From: the human T2T-CHM13v2.0 reference genome, Homo sapiens
Assembly (NCBI RefSeq): GCF_009914755.1
Contig: NC_060928.1
Strand: one strand, 5' to 3'
DNA: 64,000 nucleotides
Shown piece after piece: positions 44,723 through 59,075 of the stretch (position 1 is the first letter of the stretch; each line of letters starts with the position of its first letter). The notes below the pieces were generated by a model. The model made no database searches. It saw only the letters and a program-made list of their open reading frames with translations, and was not told where the DNA came from. The position numbers and the translations under genes are program-made.

Positions 44723-47700
44723 GATAGTTAGCAAATAGATGTTAAGAAATTTTATAAAACCTATGTGCTAGACTAAATCATAAAATATCTACTAATCAGA
44801 AGCATCCCATAACTACTGAACTATTAAATTTACTGATTACTTACCAAGAGTCCCCTAACTAAAGTAACTTGACAATAAATAAATAAGCTTGACATAGTTA
44901 TGTGATCTTTGAAGTCATCGCTGAAGAAAGCAGTTTAAATTACATGCCCTCAAGCAAATTTTTTACAAAAGTTATCTTTCTTTTCTGAGCCCAGCTATTT
45001 TAGTAGCTTCTTGAGTAGAAGTTACTTTTATGGGGAGAGTGAGAGAAAATAACCATCAGAACTTCATTTAAAAAATTCAGCTACTAAACATTTGTGAGTA
45101 CCTCTTATGTTAGGTACACAGGCAGATGAAAGAAAAATGAAACACAGCCTTTCCCTTCAATGGGCTGACACATAAACAGATAATTTTTTACACCCACCTA
45201 CCTCCCCCTACCAAATTCATTCATAAAGGATAGTTATTTACCATTTATACCTATTTACTTAGTTTTAAACCTGAGGAAGACTATTATTAAATGTAAGTAT
45301 GTACATTTATTTCCTTTTTAACTGAGATAAACTAAGCATGCCAGACTGTATCACAATTTTACGATTAATTCAATCTTTTGAAAATAAATCAATTTCTCCA
45401 AGTGCTCATGCTCATAACATCTATCAAAGAGACAAGATGATTTGTATGTAACCTCTAAAATTTTACCCCAAAACACCTAATGATTTTTCCTCTTGGCAAA
45501 AGCTTCTGTAAACCTGTTGAAATTACTCGTGTTCTGTCCTTTGGGGACAATAGGCTAGATCAGCTCCCTCTCACACTGCATTTTTCTCAAGATTCACCAG
45601 GAACATTATAGACCCATTTAACAGGCGGCTGGTCTTGTTTCTTTTTCCCACTTTCTCCACCCCAAGAATGATATACTAGATTTCTTTTTTCTTTTCCTTT
45701 TTCTTATGCAAATATCCAAAGTAGTGGGGACATTCCTAAGAGCAGACAGAATTTAAACCAAAAGATTAATTTCATGAACCTGCATGGAACAAGAGCTTTG
45801 CTTGTGGAACAGGAAATGAATGGGGTTTTTCCATTCTTCAAAGCTGAGGAAAGTGAGTGAGAACTATGAAGATACCAGTTCTTTCATAATACGGTAAGTC
45901 ATTAGAGAAAAAATTAGGCTCCAGAAAAGATACATACAGATAAACATTGTCACCATTTCCCTTTCAAAGTTAGGAACACCTTAATTTGTATTTACACATT
46001 CTGCCTTCTCCTCACCAAGGCAATGCTTAAAGTGGCTCTTAGGCTTTATGTATGTATAAAGAAAGCTTTGGTTTTGATGCATTAAGGAACTAGGATGTGA
46101 CTGCTCCTAGCATCTGACTGTTGAGTATTCGCATCCTTCCTTCCTGCAATGCAGTTCATTCTCAATAAGTGACAAACCCTTATTTCAAATTCAGAAGCTA
46201 TGGTTCTATTTTCCATGATACTAACACCCCTACAGTATGCTTCAGGATTCTGGTAGGAAAAAGATTCACTCCAAATCAACCAAATGAAGAAACTCCAATG
46301 AAGTGAGAACTTACATTAGTTTTGGGCATGATGAAGGAAACAAACAAAGAATGGTGAGACACCCAGAGACTTCAATAGTGGGAAGCAAAAATTAGCACCA
46401 CTGGCACTGAAGGAAGAAAGGGAGAAAATATTGTTCCAGGAACCCAGAGAGACCTGAGGTTGAGAAGCAGGGACCAGTGATGGGAGCTGTAGCCATAGAA
46501 GATGGAATAGGAGGAAAAGGAAGTAAACACTCTGACCCCTTTTTCCTCCCATCCTCTTATTCTCCCATTGATCTCCTATTGACCAAATCCAACTGGAGGA
46601 TAGCAATCAGCTATGGGGGAATCCAGGTAATGAAATCTGTAGGGATCAGTGTCCCGGAGTAAAACACAGGATAGAAAAGGGCAAAGAATGTATCTTGGAT
46701 TGAAAGAAATATATAAAGAAAAAAATTTACAGACACACCCAAGTAAGACTTGTTAGTAGGTCACTAGACTGTTTATCATTTAACAATATTTATCCCTGGT
46801 GGTCTAAAGAAGAGAACCATAGGGAGCTCTCCTGGTGAGGATTCTGTAATGCATTTATGTATAAATAGTACTGTCTCATTTCCTCTCTCCTCAAGCCAAA
46901 TAAGTCTTCCAAAGAGAACTACTGAAAAAGATAGAAAAGATGCTCTCCAGAAAGACAGACTGCCAGACAATATCCTTGCTGAGAACAAAAGCTCACAGTC
47001 AACCCTATATTACCACGGGCACAGAGTGAGAGAAGGTTCTTGGCTTTTTTCCTCTGGAGTTTTAGGACATAGATTCTGATGTCTGACCTCTTTTGAAGAG
47101 ATGAGAACAGATAACTGGCCAGAAAAACCATGACACCTGAGTGAAGAAAGAGTAGTTTAGTGAGATCATGCCACAGTCCCAAGGATTAGGTTGACACTAA
47201 GGAAGATATATGGGCATGAAGCAACTAAGAAAACATTGCCCAAAATGACTGCTTTCCAGGGCCATGAGATACCAGCATAACAAGGCTCTATGGGTATTGG
47301 AGAGCCAAGAGAGAACTAGCAGTCTTTGTTAATTTAAAGGCGCTTTTTCTCTCATCCTCCACTCACCTCTCCTTCTTCCATCCTGAAGCAACCTGACGTA
47401 TGGAAAGGAAAGGCAGAAGCAAGAAAAATAGAACAATAATTCACCAGATCCCCCTAGCCCACTGCTGGCCACTTAGTCACTAGGCAGGGAAAGAGAGAAG
47501 CTTTGATTTGGATGAGAGATCGAAAACAGTTTTCTTTTGGATTATACCAAACCACTAAATACCTAAAAGTAGCTTGAGATCAGACACCTGGCATTGACTA
47601 TGCAGAAGGCTGCAAAACCTCAGACAGACTCCAAATTAGAGGAACCAGGTCCTTCTAAAGTATAAGTTGAAGGGTGGGCCAGAAAACAGGCAGATGTATT

Positions 47701-48002
47701 GAAAATCATGATAGACAACAATCAGAGCCCCAGATTTCCCTCCTAACTCTTATCCTAGTCATGGGGCTTCTCCTCTTCCATCCCAAAGAAGACTGAGTAA
47801 CAGCCCTCCCTCGAGTAGAGAGGCTTTTAAGATTGCACAGCTAAGAATGACAATGAGGCACCACAATGAAAAGAGGGGATTATGTGACAGTTGACCCACC
47901 TAACACTGGGAACCCTTCACCTCTTTGCCCACCTGGAAACCAGAACACTGGCAGCTGCGCTGTCCTAGCAAGTGTCTTGGATTCTTATAAAAGCAAGCTA
48001 GT

Positions 48003-48299
48003 GGGACACTCATGGTGGCTGATGCCTGTAATCCCACACTTTGGGAGGCAGATGGAGCACTCAAGCCCAAGAATTCAACACCAGCCTGGACAACATAGTG
48101 AAACCCCATCTCTACAAGAAATACAAAAATTAGCCAGGCATGGTGGCACGTGTCTGTAATCCCAGCTACTTGGCAGGCTGAGGTGGAAGAATCAGCTGAG
48201 CCTGGGGAGATTGAGGCTACAGTGAGCCAAGATCATTCCACTGCACTCCAGCCTGAGTGACAAAGTAAGACTTTGTCTCAGGGAAAAAAAAAAAAAAAA
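48003..48299 (+). mobile_element. AluJ
   Basis: Diverged dimeric Alu (aagcccaagaattcaa, gattgaggctacagtgagcc) with poly-A. Confidence 0.92.
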
Positions 48300-48504
48300 G
48301 GAACTCACTGGCCTAAAAGGGAAGACACCTTGAAGAGGGAAATTGAATGGCAAGTGTCAAGGAGGAAGGAAGATACACTTTCCATTGAGTAACCTTCTTA
48401 CTGTTTGAAGGGTTGGCCATTTGGATATATTGCCTATTAAAAATCATAAATATATGCATTTTAAACTATAATGAATTCCTCAAAGAGATATAAGAAGATA
48501 TCGA

Positions 48505-48871
<367 letters not shown>

Positions 48872-49354
48872 CTAACACCAGAAGGGATCTGTTAGAAACG
48901 AGAACATGATCACAAAAATAAAATGTGATAGAATGAAAGTTTCCAGAGATAGAAAGCAAGCTACATAAAAAATACTTGGAAATCAAAATGTTACCTTCTC
49001 AGCAGCAAAACTGAGCAATGGAGAAATATCTTCACAATTCTAAGGAAAAGATTTTTCTACCTAGAATTCTAAACCTAGCCAAATTCACGATCATTTTAGA
49101 GGGTAAAATAATATTGTGTAAAATATCAAAACAAATGTAATTCCTATCACCTTTTTCAGAAAGCCACCAGCGCATGTGAACCAAAAAAATGGGAGCAAAA
49201 AATCAAAAAACAGATATGAGGTCAAGAAAATAGGAGACTCAACATAGAAGAGACAAAAACTTCTCTAGAGTGTCAATAAAAATTAGGATCTAGAAAACAA
49301 TTAGTCAAGAGTGAAGCAGGAGGACAGAAGCCTCCATAAAGGATGTGTCCAAGA

Positions 49355-49908
49355 AGAAAGAAACAGAGGAAGGAGGAAAGGATGGTGAGAGGACAGGAAA
49401 AAAGAAAGAAAACAAGGAAAAGGAAGGAAGGAAGGAAGACTCTCTTCCATGTTGAGTCTCCTATTTTCTTGACCTCATATCTGTTTTTTGAAGGAAGGAA
49501 GGAAGGAAGGAAGGCAGGCAGGCAGGCAGGCAGGCTCTCTTCCATGTTGAGTCTCCTATTTTCTTGACCTCATATCTGTTTTTTGAAGGAGGGAAGGAAG
49601 GAAGGAAGGAAGGAAGGAAGGAAGGAAGGAAGGAAGGAAGGAAAGGGAGGGGAGGGGAGGGGAGGGGAGAGGAGGGAAGGAGGGAAGGAGGGAGGGAGGG
49701 GAGGGGAGGAGGGAAGGAGGGAAGGAAGGAGGGAAGGAGGGAAGGAAGGAAGGAAGGAGGGAGGGAGGGAGGGAGGGAGGGAAGGAAGGAAGGAAGGAGG
49801 GAGGGAGGGAGGGAGGGAGGGAAGGAAGGAAGGAGGAGGGAGGGAGGGAGGGAGGGAGGGAGGGAAGGAAGGAAGGAGGGAGGGAGGAGACAAAGAAGAG
49901 AGGAAAGA
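49355..49908 (+). repeat. Polypurine (GGAA)n/(GGGA)n/(GGCA)n tract containing two inverted 51-bp inserts
   Basis: Direct reading; 13 consecutive GGAA at 49592-49643. Confidence 0.95.
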
Positions 49909-50002
49909 TATATTTGACTAAATTGAAAGGACTCTTGTAATTCCCAGAAAATTGGAAAATAGATTCGTGAAAGTATCTAAAAAGTATTTGAGAGAGAGAG
50001 AA

Positions 50003-50222
50003 GGGCCAGGTGTGGTTATCTCGTGCTTGTAGTCCCAGCTACTCAGGAAGCTGAGGGAAGATCGCTTGAGCCCTGGAGTTTGAAGCTGCAGTGAGTTATG
50101 ATCGTGCCACTGCATTTCAGCCTGGGCAACAGAGCAAGACCTTGTTCCAAAAAAAAATAAAATAAAATAAAGAAAGAAAGAAAGAAGGAAAGAAAGAGAG
50201 AGAGAGAGAAAAGAAAGAGAAG
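50003..50222 (+). mobile_element. FRAM / Alu right monomer with (AAAAT)/(GAAA)/(GA) tail
   Basis: Single right-arm monomer: gtagtcccagctactcaggaagctgagg...ttgaagctgcagtgagttatgatcgtgcc. Confidence 0.9.
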
Positions 50223-50687
50223 CAATTATTAACTGTAAAAAATAATATGATTAAAGTAAACAACCTGGCTCAACTGTGAAAAATATTTGCTTATTTGTAA
50301 CACTGACTAATACTTTAACTAAAACGTGTGATACAGCTGTATCCGCAGACTGAGGTGTGGTGAGCTGGGCGGGCAGCAAAGTATACTGCAGGTTGAGAGA
50401 GCTAAATCTCCATCTTCCACAGTAATTAATCTAAAATTGTCAAAGTAAGGAATAACAGTTTAATAATTTTATTCTATAATATAGAGGTAAATAATAGAAC
50501 AATCAATTGAAAGACTTTGAAGTAGATACTTTTGAAGAATGAGAATTGCAGAAGGGTTGGGTAGAGATTGGTTGGAAATTCTTGCTGTTATAAACTTGAG
50601 AGTATTATTTCAAATCTTAATCTATAGACACATATACAATATGTTATATGTGTGTATGTATATTACTATGATAGACATTAAATTTTA

Positions 50688-51125
<438 letters not shown>

Positions 51126-51489
51126 TTAGCCTCAATGTGAGTAACACAAAGAACATGGAGTTTGGAGTCAATATAACCAATATTATGCTAATATTGCCAA
51201 CTTCAAAGGATTCTTACAACAAATAGAGATAATCTATGTGAATAGCCTGGCATATAGTAGGTACAAAATAATTGTCTTTATTATCATTATCTTTAAAGTA
51301 GCTTATAGTCAGCTATAACCTTGCATAATACTGTTTCTATCAAACTTATTTTCACAGATAAAAAACATCAGTAAGGAAGAGAAAGTGCTAAATACATAAT
51401 GGCCACATTAATGCCAAGAGGTAATTAGATGATTATAAGATCCTTGTCCTAAGGTGTAGTAGCAATTAGTGCTATTCACCAAATATTCC

Positions 51490-51810
51490 ATCAGGAGCCT
51501 TCTAAACATATGGCTGGGGGAAGGGAAGCATGAAATTACTTTTGTCCCATGTGCTGTGAGCAGGAAGTAGTGTGTGTCATCTGGGCCAGGCATTTAATTG
51601 CAAAGCAAGACCATCCAAAGCTCTCTTTTCCACCTGGCATAGTGACCAGTAATGTTCAAAACAGTGGCCACTCTCTCAGCCTTGGTTCCTGAGTGACTAC
51701 AATGTGCAAAGCTTCCCTGAAAACCCACAATTAACATGCAATGTGAGCAAAAAATAAAACTTACTCTTAGATCGGTGAGTTTATTTGTTACTATCCTAAC
51801 CTAACCAATA
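51490..51810 (+). mobile_element. Old MLT1 LTR fragment
   Basis: gagcaggaagtagtgtgtgtcatctgggccaggcatttaattgc...catgcaatgtgagcaaaaaataaaactt...ttatttgttact. Confidence 0.65.
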
Positions 51811-51851
51811 AATTAATGATGACAATTGTCTGGCCAGCAACCCATCAGATA

Positions 51852-51856
<5 letters not shown>

Positions 51857-51892
<36 letters not shown>
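51857..51892. repeat. (CT)n microsatellite
   Basis: Direct reading. Confidence 0.95.
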
Positions 51893-51896
<4 letters not shown>

Positions 51897-54142
51897 CACC
51901 CCTCCTTCTGTCTCTCCTTTTTCTATTAGGTCTAAAATTAATAATAAATATATGGCAGGAGGTACTTACCTGAAAGATGGAATAGTCACGTGCATGCTTG
52001 ATAAGCACACACAGAAAGAAATTCTGCAGAAAAAAAGAAGAGCAGACTATGTGCCTATCCTGTGCAGAGAGTAGAGACGAGACTCTCATAGGGACAAAAA
52101 ATGAAAGTAAATGAATGACAATTGTGTGGTTCCTTTGAGCTGGGCTATATTTCCTATATTTTATTTCTAAGAGAAGCCATTATTTTCTCTTGGCAAGCCT
52201 TTTTGTTACTTGAGCTAGTTTGAATGGGTTTTATTTCCCTTTACAACAAAATGAATGCTGATTAAAACTGCACCTTGGATTACAGCAAGACACATGGTGC
52301 CCAGGAACAATACAGGTAGCATATTGCTAAAAAGGAGAACAGCAGAGAGATTAAAGGGATAATTCCTTGCTCCACAGCCCAACAGTGAAGCCAAACAGTG
52401 CAGTTGCCAATGACAAACTCAGAAAACCCACAAATAAGCCCCAATGAGAACAGCATATCATAATGAATGTTCATGATCTGTTTGCTGAAATAGAAAAGCA
52501 GTTGCTCATTTTCTGAATTAAAGAAATTCTAATATTCTATGTAGTAAAATATCTACATAAAAATGTGTCATCCATGAAAAAATGTTAATATGCAGAAATC
52601 TCAACCCAAGGAGAATGTACATTAGGCCCAAGCACAGCTCATCTGGTATGTACAAGTGCTGCAGGGAAAACTAGAACACCTGCATGAACATTTGATTACT
52701 TAACCAGGGCTTTTGTCTAGTCTGTCAAATCCCTCTGTTAGAAATCCCTCTTTCTGACACAATAACAACAGAACCAGTTTTTCAAATGAATGTTCTTTGA
52801 CTCCAAAGAGCAAGCCAGGACTCATACTCGCCGTGTGTGTCACCATCTCCTTTCAGGAGACAGTTGGTAATTACTGCAGGGCTTCACTCTGGAGAGGGTT
52901 TGCCCCTGCAACTTTCACTGATTTGTTTAACTAGCAGTGAAATGAGATTTACATGCCTTTCTCCCAAGGTGGTCTTCTCTAAAAACCACAGCAAAATGTT
53001 CATCTGCAAGCTGAGCTCATGGGTAAATAAAAGCAGGTCCCTTCTTTCCTAAAGTGGAAGGTCTAATTTTACAGTCTTGATTGCTTTCCTAATTACAGAC
53101 CCCAATCATTGCCACAGTACCAAGTGGTGACAAGAGTTCTGTAACTGGTTATATATCCCATCCCAATCATGAACCTCCTCATTCAAGTTCAATACAGAAG
53201 CATCTCAAATCCACACTGTTGCAGGTACTCAAAACTTCACTTAAACAAAAGCTTCGATCCCCTTTTCACTGGTTCTCCATTCTCCCTACTATACCTTTAC
53301 CTCTCTATTGTGTCACCAAGAAAATATGCTCTTTTCTTCCAATAAAAAAATTAAAATAAAAAAAAAACCTAGTCCAAAGGACAAGCATCACCTCCTATGA
53401 ATATAATGCTGAGGAATAACAAAGCAACACAGATACTAAAGCCACGAGAGATTTTGTTTGCTTTGCTCATTTCTCAAAAATAAGATGAGTGGAGACAAGG
53501 AGGGTATGTATCACAGGCAGATTCCCACCCCTTTGGCTGGGAAGTAGGCAGACACAATTCTACCAAGAATATGAAAGTCTTAAAGTAAAATGAGAGTTGC
53601 AGGCAACTTTTTGCAGGAGAAAAATCCACAGAAAAGCATCAGTCCATCCCAGAAGAGTTCATTAGAAGAAAACACTGGCCTCCATCTGTCCACACTCTTC
53701 CACTTGAGAATTTGAAAAACCCAAAGATTCCCCTGAAGATGTGCCTTCATCCCAGGCACTATGCCAACTCAAATCTGGGAGGAAGAACAGAGGAAAGCAT
53801 TTTAACTGAAGCCTAGGCATAGAACATAGTACTTTGTAATTCAGTAGCATTCCTGCTCCATATGTCTAAAATTCTTTGCAAGTATGGGTTTTATTAAGCT
53901 CCTTTTTAGAAAACAGGAAAGTAAACTGAGGTGGAATAAAGGACTTAAGTTTCACTCCACTAGCAGGGCAGTAAAAAAAAATAGAGGGAGGATCCTAGAA
54001 ACACCTATTGTGAACTGGGCCTCTGATGTCTAAGATGCTGCCAGTCGCCCCAGCTCTGAATCACCTCCACCTCAAGGAACAAGGTGGCACAATTACACCT
54101 AAAGAGGGCTAAAAGGTGATGAGAAGAATCTCAGCAGTGAAG

Positions 54143-54159
54143 AGGTCACTGTGAGGTCA
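54143..54159 (+). promoter_or_regulatory. Perfect DR5 nuclear-receptor motif (candidate RARE)
   Basis: AGGTCA ctgtg AGGTCA; the motif is seen directly, its function is untested. Confidence 0.4.
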
Positions 54160-54545
54160 CTATCCACTACCCAATCTTGGAGATTAAGGAAACAGGGAGG
54201 AAGAGACCACATCAGCTCTCCCCCAGCCGGCTGCAGGTCTATTGCCTCACTGAATAGCAACACTATCATGCTAACTCAGCTGGTCCCAGCAGTGAGGTTT
54301 AATTCCTGTAATTATTAACTTGAACAAGAAATTATTCCACCTACTCATTTTTTTCTCACAAAAAATGAGTGCAAATAAGGTAAACAGAGTCACATCTTAA
54401 TTTTCATTCTCTCCAACTACCTCTGCAGTTAGTTTTATCCATCCAAGGTGCTAACTATGAAAAAAAAATACTGTAAACAAAGAACAATTTGCATGTTTAA
54501 TGGAGAAAAATTTTAGAATTACTTTATTAAAAATTAGAGTATTTC

Positions 54546-54857
<312 letters not shown>

Positions 54858-56054
54858 TCATTCTGGCAGGCTTCTTACTCTCCTCCCCACAAAGTACACT
54901 AAAGTGTGCAAGCATGATGTCCTAATGAAGGCTACAGAGAAAGAGTAGCTCAGTGGCACTTGCTATCAGAGAATATATTTACTTATCTTACATTTTCTCC
55001 TTGCAGGCAGTCATTTTTTTATGACCCATTTTCTAGAGAAAACTCTTTTTGGGGGTAAACCAATAATTAACTAACCTGAGCAACATCAATCAAGGCCGAA
55101 TTTCACCTAATGGTGAAAAATCAGGTCTATTTGACTGACTTCTTTTTTTCAAGGCTTTTATTACCCAAATCTCTGCCCACATGTATATATATATATCGCT
55201 TAAAATAAGAGAATATGCAGGAGTACAGACTTTATCCTCCCTATATCTAGAAATTCTTAAACCTTTATATTTTACCACTGTATATTCTTAAGTTTCGTAT
55301 TTATGAATAGCACACAACATTCTTTTAAGTTGAGCTACTCCTAATATGATTTCCAGTTTACAGATAAGGAAACTGAGGCACCAAAACAGATTAGATATAT
55401 CATTGTTCTTCACAGTTAAGAGTCTACTGTTGACAATATTAAGAGAGACAACAGGGCAAGTCAGTTACAAAGCTGGATTAAACCTTCATGTTCTCCTAGG
55501 TTCATGCTTGATCAAGGAACCACCTTGTCATGCCCTCATGGTCATGAAGGTGTGTCAACTTTTTATAATGTCACTCACTTTAAAGGAACCCTGTCTTTAT
55601 TTAGTTGGCCCTTTATCTTGGTCCTGCCTATTTCAGATCAGCTGTCTGCATATTTCCATGTTTTGAGTATACTCAAGAGCAAGACTGTAAAGAATACAAA
55701 AATAAATCAGACCATAAAGATTATCAGCCTGAATGCCACTAGGAGACAAAAGAAACTGCCACAAGGAACAAGGGAAATTAACATTCTTTCCTATCCACCT
55801 GGCAAGAACGGAGATCAAACTGAACTTGTTTGCAATCCCTGTTAACAAGGAAGCACTAAAAGCATAGAGATTCCTCTAAAATATTCTGGAGCTACAAAAA
55901 CTGAGGTTTCCAAAGACCCTCTTTCACCATTTATTATTCTCCCCCGGTAACTCCATGTTTTTTTATATTCTCCTGATTAAACTGCCATAAATTTTTTCTG
56001 AAACAAAATAAGGAATGGATTAATGAGTGGATGAATACCAGAAAACATGCAAGC

Positions 56055-56318
56055 TTTATAATCAGACAGACCTGGTGTTGAATACCAGCTTTGACATTTA
56101 TTAGGTGGGTGACACTGAGCAAGTTACTTAGCCTCTCTAACCTACTTAACCTCTCTGAGCCACAGTGTTCTCATCTGCTTAAAAGATGGATAATAATGCC
56201 TCCCTCTTGTAATGATTTTAAAAGAATGTATATAAAGCACTTTATATACATATCTACTGGCACAGTATAAATATCTACTGGCACACAGTAGATATTCAGT
56301 AACTAGTAGCTATTAATT
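56055..56318 (+). mobile_element. MIR with a locally rearranged 3' end
   Basis: gcaagttacttagcctctct...cagtgttctcatctg...gataataatgcc. Confidence 0.8.
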
Positions 56319-56801
56319 AGAGCTTCTAATCAGCCTGAATTACCAATAAAAACCATTCGGCATCAACGTAGTTCCAGAGTGAGAGAAAGACTTAAATCAG
56401 CCTGACTAGCTTTATCACATGCTAGTCCATGTGATCAAGTTAACTCCAGTGAGCAAGCCAGGATTAATTCTATACAGGCATTTTGGAAATAGTTTGCAGC
56501 TGCCCGATTATTACCTCCAGTAGTTAATGGGCATTCAGGGGCTACCAAATGCAATGTTAATACTCTTTACCTCTCTGTGCAAAGCAAAATATATTTCATC
56601 AATGTCTTTGGAAACAAGTAATGAAGTTCAAAATGTCCTTAATCTCATTTGTAGAATCTACTAAGTGATTTAGTGCAATAAATATTCAATATTAAATTCC
56701 AGTTACTATAAATTATTTTTTGAGAAATTGAAAATTCCTCTATTAGAGTGAGTTTCTAGATTCAGCAATTGAAGTCATGTGACATTATATATTGCCATTT
56801 A

Positions 56802-57131
<330 letters not shown>

Positions 57132-59075
57132 CTATGATTTCTCACATGTCTAATGAAAAGGTTGAACTCGGTTTCTAGTTGAAATGCTTCCTTTTACCAC
57201 GTCACACATTTTGTGTGTGAAAGATGGGCAGCAGTGGGTAGAAAAAACTGTTGAAGTAGGAGAGGAAAACAAACAAAAAATGTTATTGTCCCTTAAAATT
57301 GAAATGAGTTATCCAGATCATGCATTCAAAGCTCTAAAATTCTATGATTCTCAAAAGACGATTGTACCACATATATCTTTTTATCTCTTCCCCACCTTCA
57401 TCTCAACCCAATGTATTTTCTACAGTAAGCATTCAATAATATTTGTCAATGAAGAAACAAATGAATGCATAAACTTTTTTAAAAAAAGCTTAAAGGCCAT
57501 AATCTAATAGTCAAAGAATTGTCTCAGGTCTTGCTCTTCCTATATACTTTAATTCCAGTGCATAAATACATAACAACCATGATTTGTCCCTAGAAACATC
57601 TCCAGGGTAATTGTATGAGAATAGAAGACTAGACAGAAAATAGCAGTGATGCTGGTGGATCACAAAATGGAAGAAACGTTAAAATTTATTCTGAAAATTA
57701 AAAAAAAAGGCAAGTGACATTTTTCTGGGTTTCTATTTTAAGTTAAAATGTAGTGGAACAATCTGCTAAGAAAATTAATTCAATATGTGTGAAAGATAGA
57801 ATTCCAATCAAACAACCAGCTTTTGAAATCTGTATAGTCACATGGTAGAAAATCAACAGTAAAAGACCAAGGACTTCTGTTTTAATTTCACACTTAGTTT
57901 GGATGAAGCCACAAACTTTGCCAAGCACGTGAGGAATACTTTCTGCTGAATAGTTTTAATTTGATCTAATTGTTCTTGACAGTTTCTTTGATTACATCAT
58001 GGATTCTGCACATTAAAGATGGGCCGTGGGTAGAGAAAGCTATTCAAGTAGGAAAGAGAAATAGAAAAAAAAATTAAGCTGCTTTCCTTTAAAATTGTAA
58101 TAAGCTCTCCAAGTCATACTAAACTGTATTATGTAATGTATGAAAAAAGGGAAATGAAGTTAGCAAAAATTATATTACATTCAGTGTTGGGAGTATTAGC
58201 TCTCATTATTATATTTTCAATAATTCAATAAATTATCACACCTACAGTGCATTTTATCCTTTAAATTATGTTAAATCAGTAGTCAAATTTTACTTAGGAA
58301 TTAAGGTTTCACTTTATTGATGCCTTCCTTTAAGTAAGCTGCATTTCATTGTGGTATTGGAATGAGATTTATTAACATTTTTATTCTCCCAGACTTTGCC
58401 ACCTTTCCCCACTCCTCACTCTCCACCTAGAGAGTGTTAGCTTGGACCACTCAGCTTTCCTGCCCTCTATGGAGAATTTCATCTTGCCATTTCAATGCCT
58501 CTCCTCATATTTTCTGGGCATCTTCAGGGATACCCTCAGAGTAACCTGAATATCCTCTGAGCCCTGATAGTTATGGGTCCCAGGTAACCCTAATTTCCCA
58601 GTCGTCAAACCAAGCACAGTAGCATCAACAGAATACCTCTATTGTCCATTAAACAACAGCAAGGAGGATAGAAACCAGTAACTTCATATAATCAGACCAG
58701 CTGCTTGCAATTCTGAAGAACATCTGCTAACAAGTCTCATACTTTCTTTTTGATAGGCCAGCATGTGTTGTTAAGTGGTCTATTCAAATCTTAACTCTGG
58801 CCCTAATAATATCCCCTGTTAAAATAGCGAGAATATCAAAGCAGAAAATATGCAAAAAAATTACTAGATATGACCAATAAACAATAATTATATAAAAACA
58901 ATAATATCCTTTTTAAAAGTTTCAGTGGTGAGAGATAGGAATCAAAAGTGTAAATATAAATACAAGACCAGATAGTGAATAATTAGAGGATGTGGGTGTA
59001 TCTTTCAAATGGATTTGTGGAAAAAAACATGGAATAGAAGTTAGTAGATGCTGAAAGTAAAGCATGAACTTACAG

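Noticed and set aside
45722-45893. Plus-strand exon candidate ending acg|gtaagt
   Set aside because: The pyrimidine tract is separated from the AG and the acceptor is ambiguous; weaker than the listed candidates.
49441-49586. Repeat-spacer-repeat resembling a CRISPR array
   Set aside because: Only two copies, the spacer is microsatellite, the DNA is primate and there are no cas genes.
49564-49921. Three overlapping 107-117 aa ORFs (EGRK- or PSFLP-rich)
   Set aside because: Translations of the GGAA/GGGA microsatellite, which lacks stop codons.
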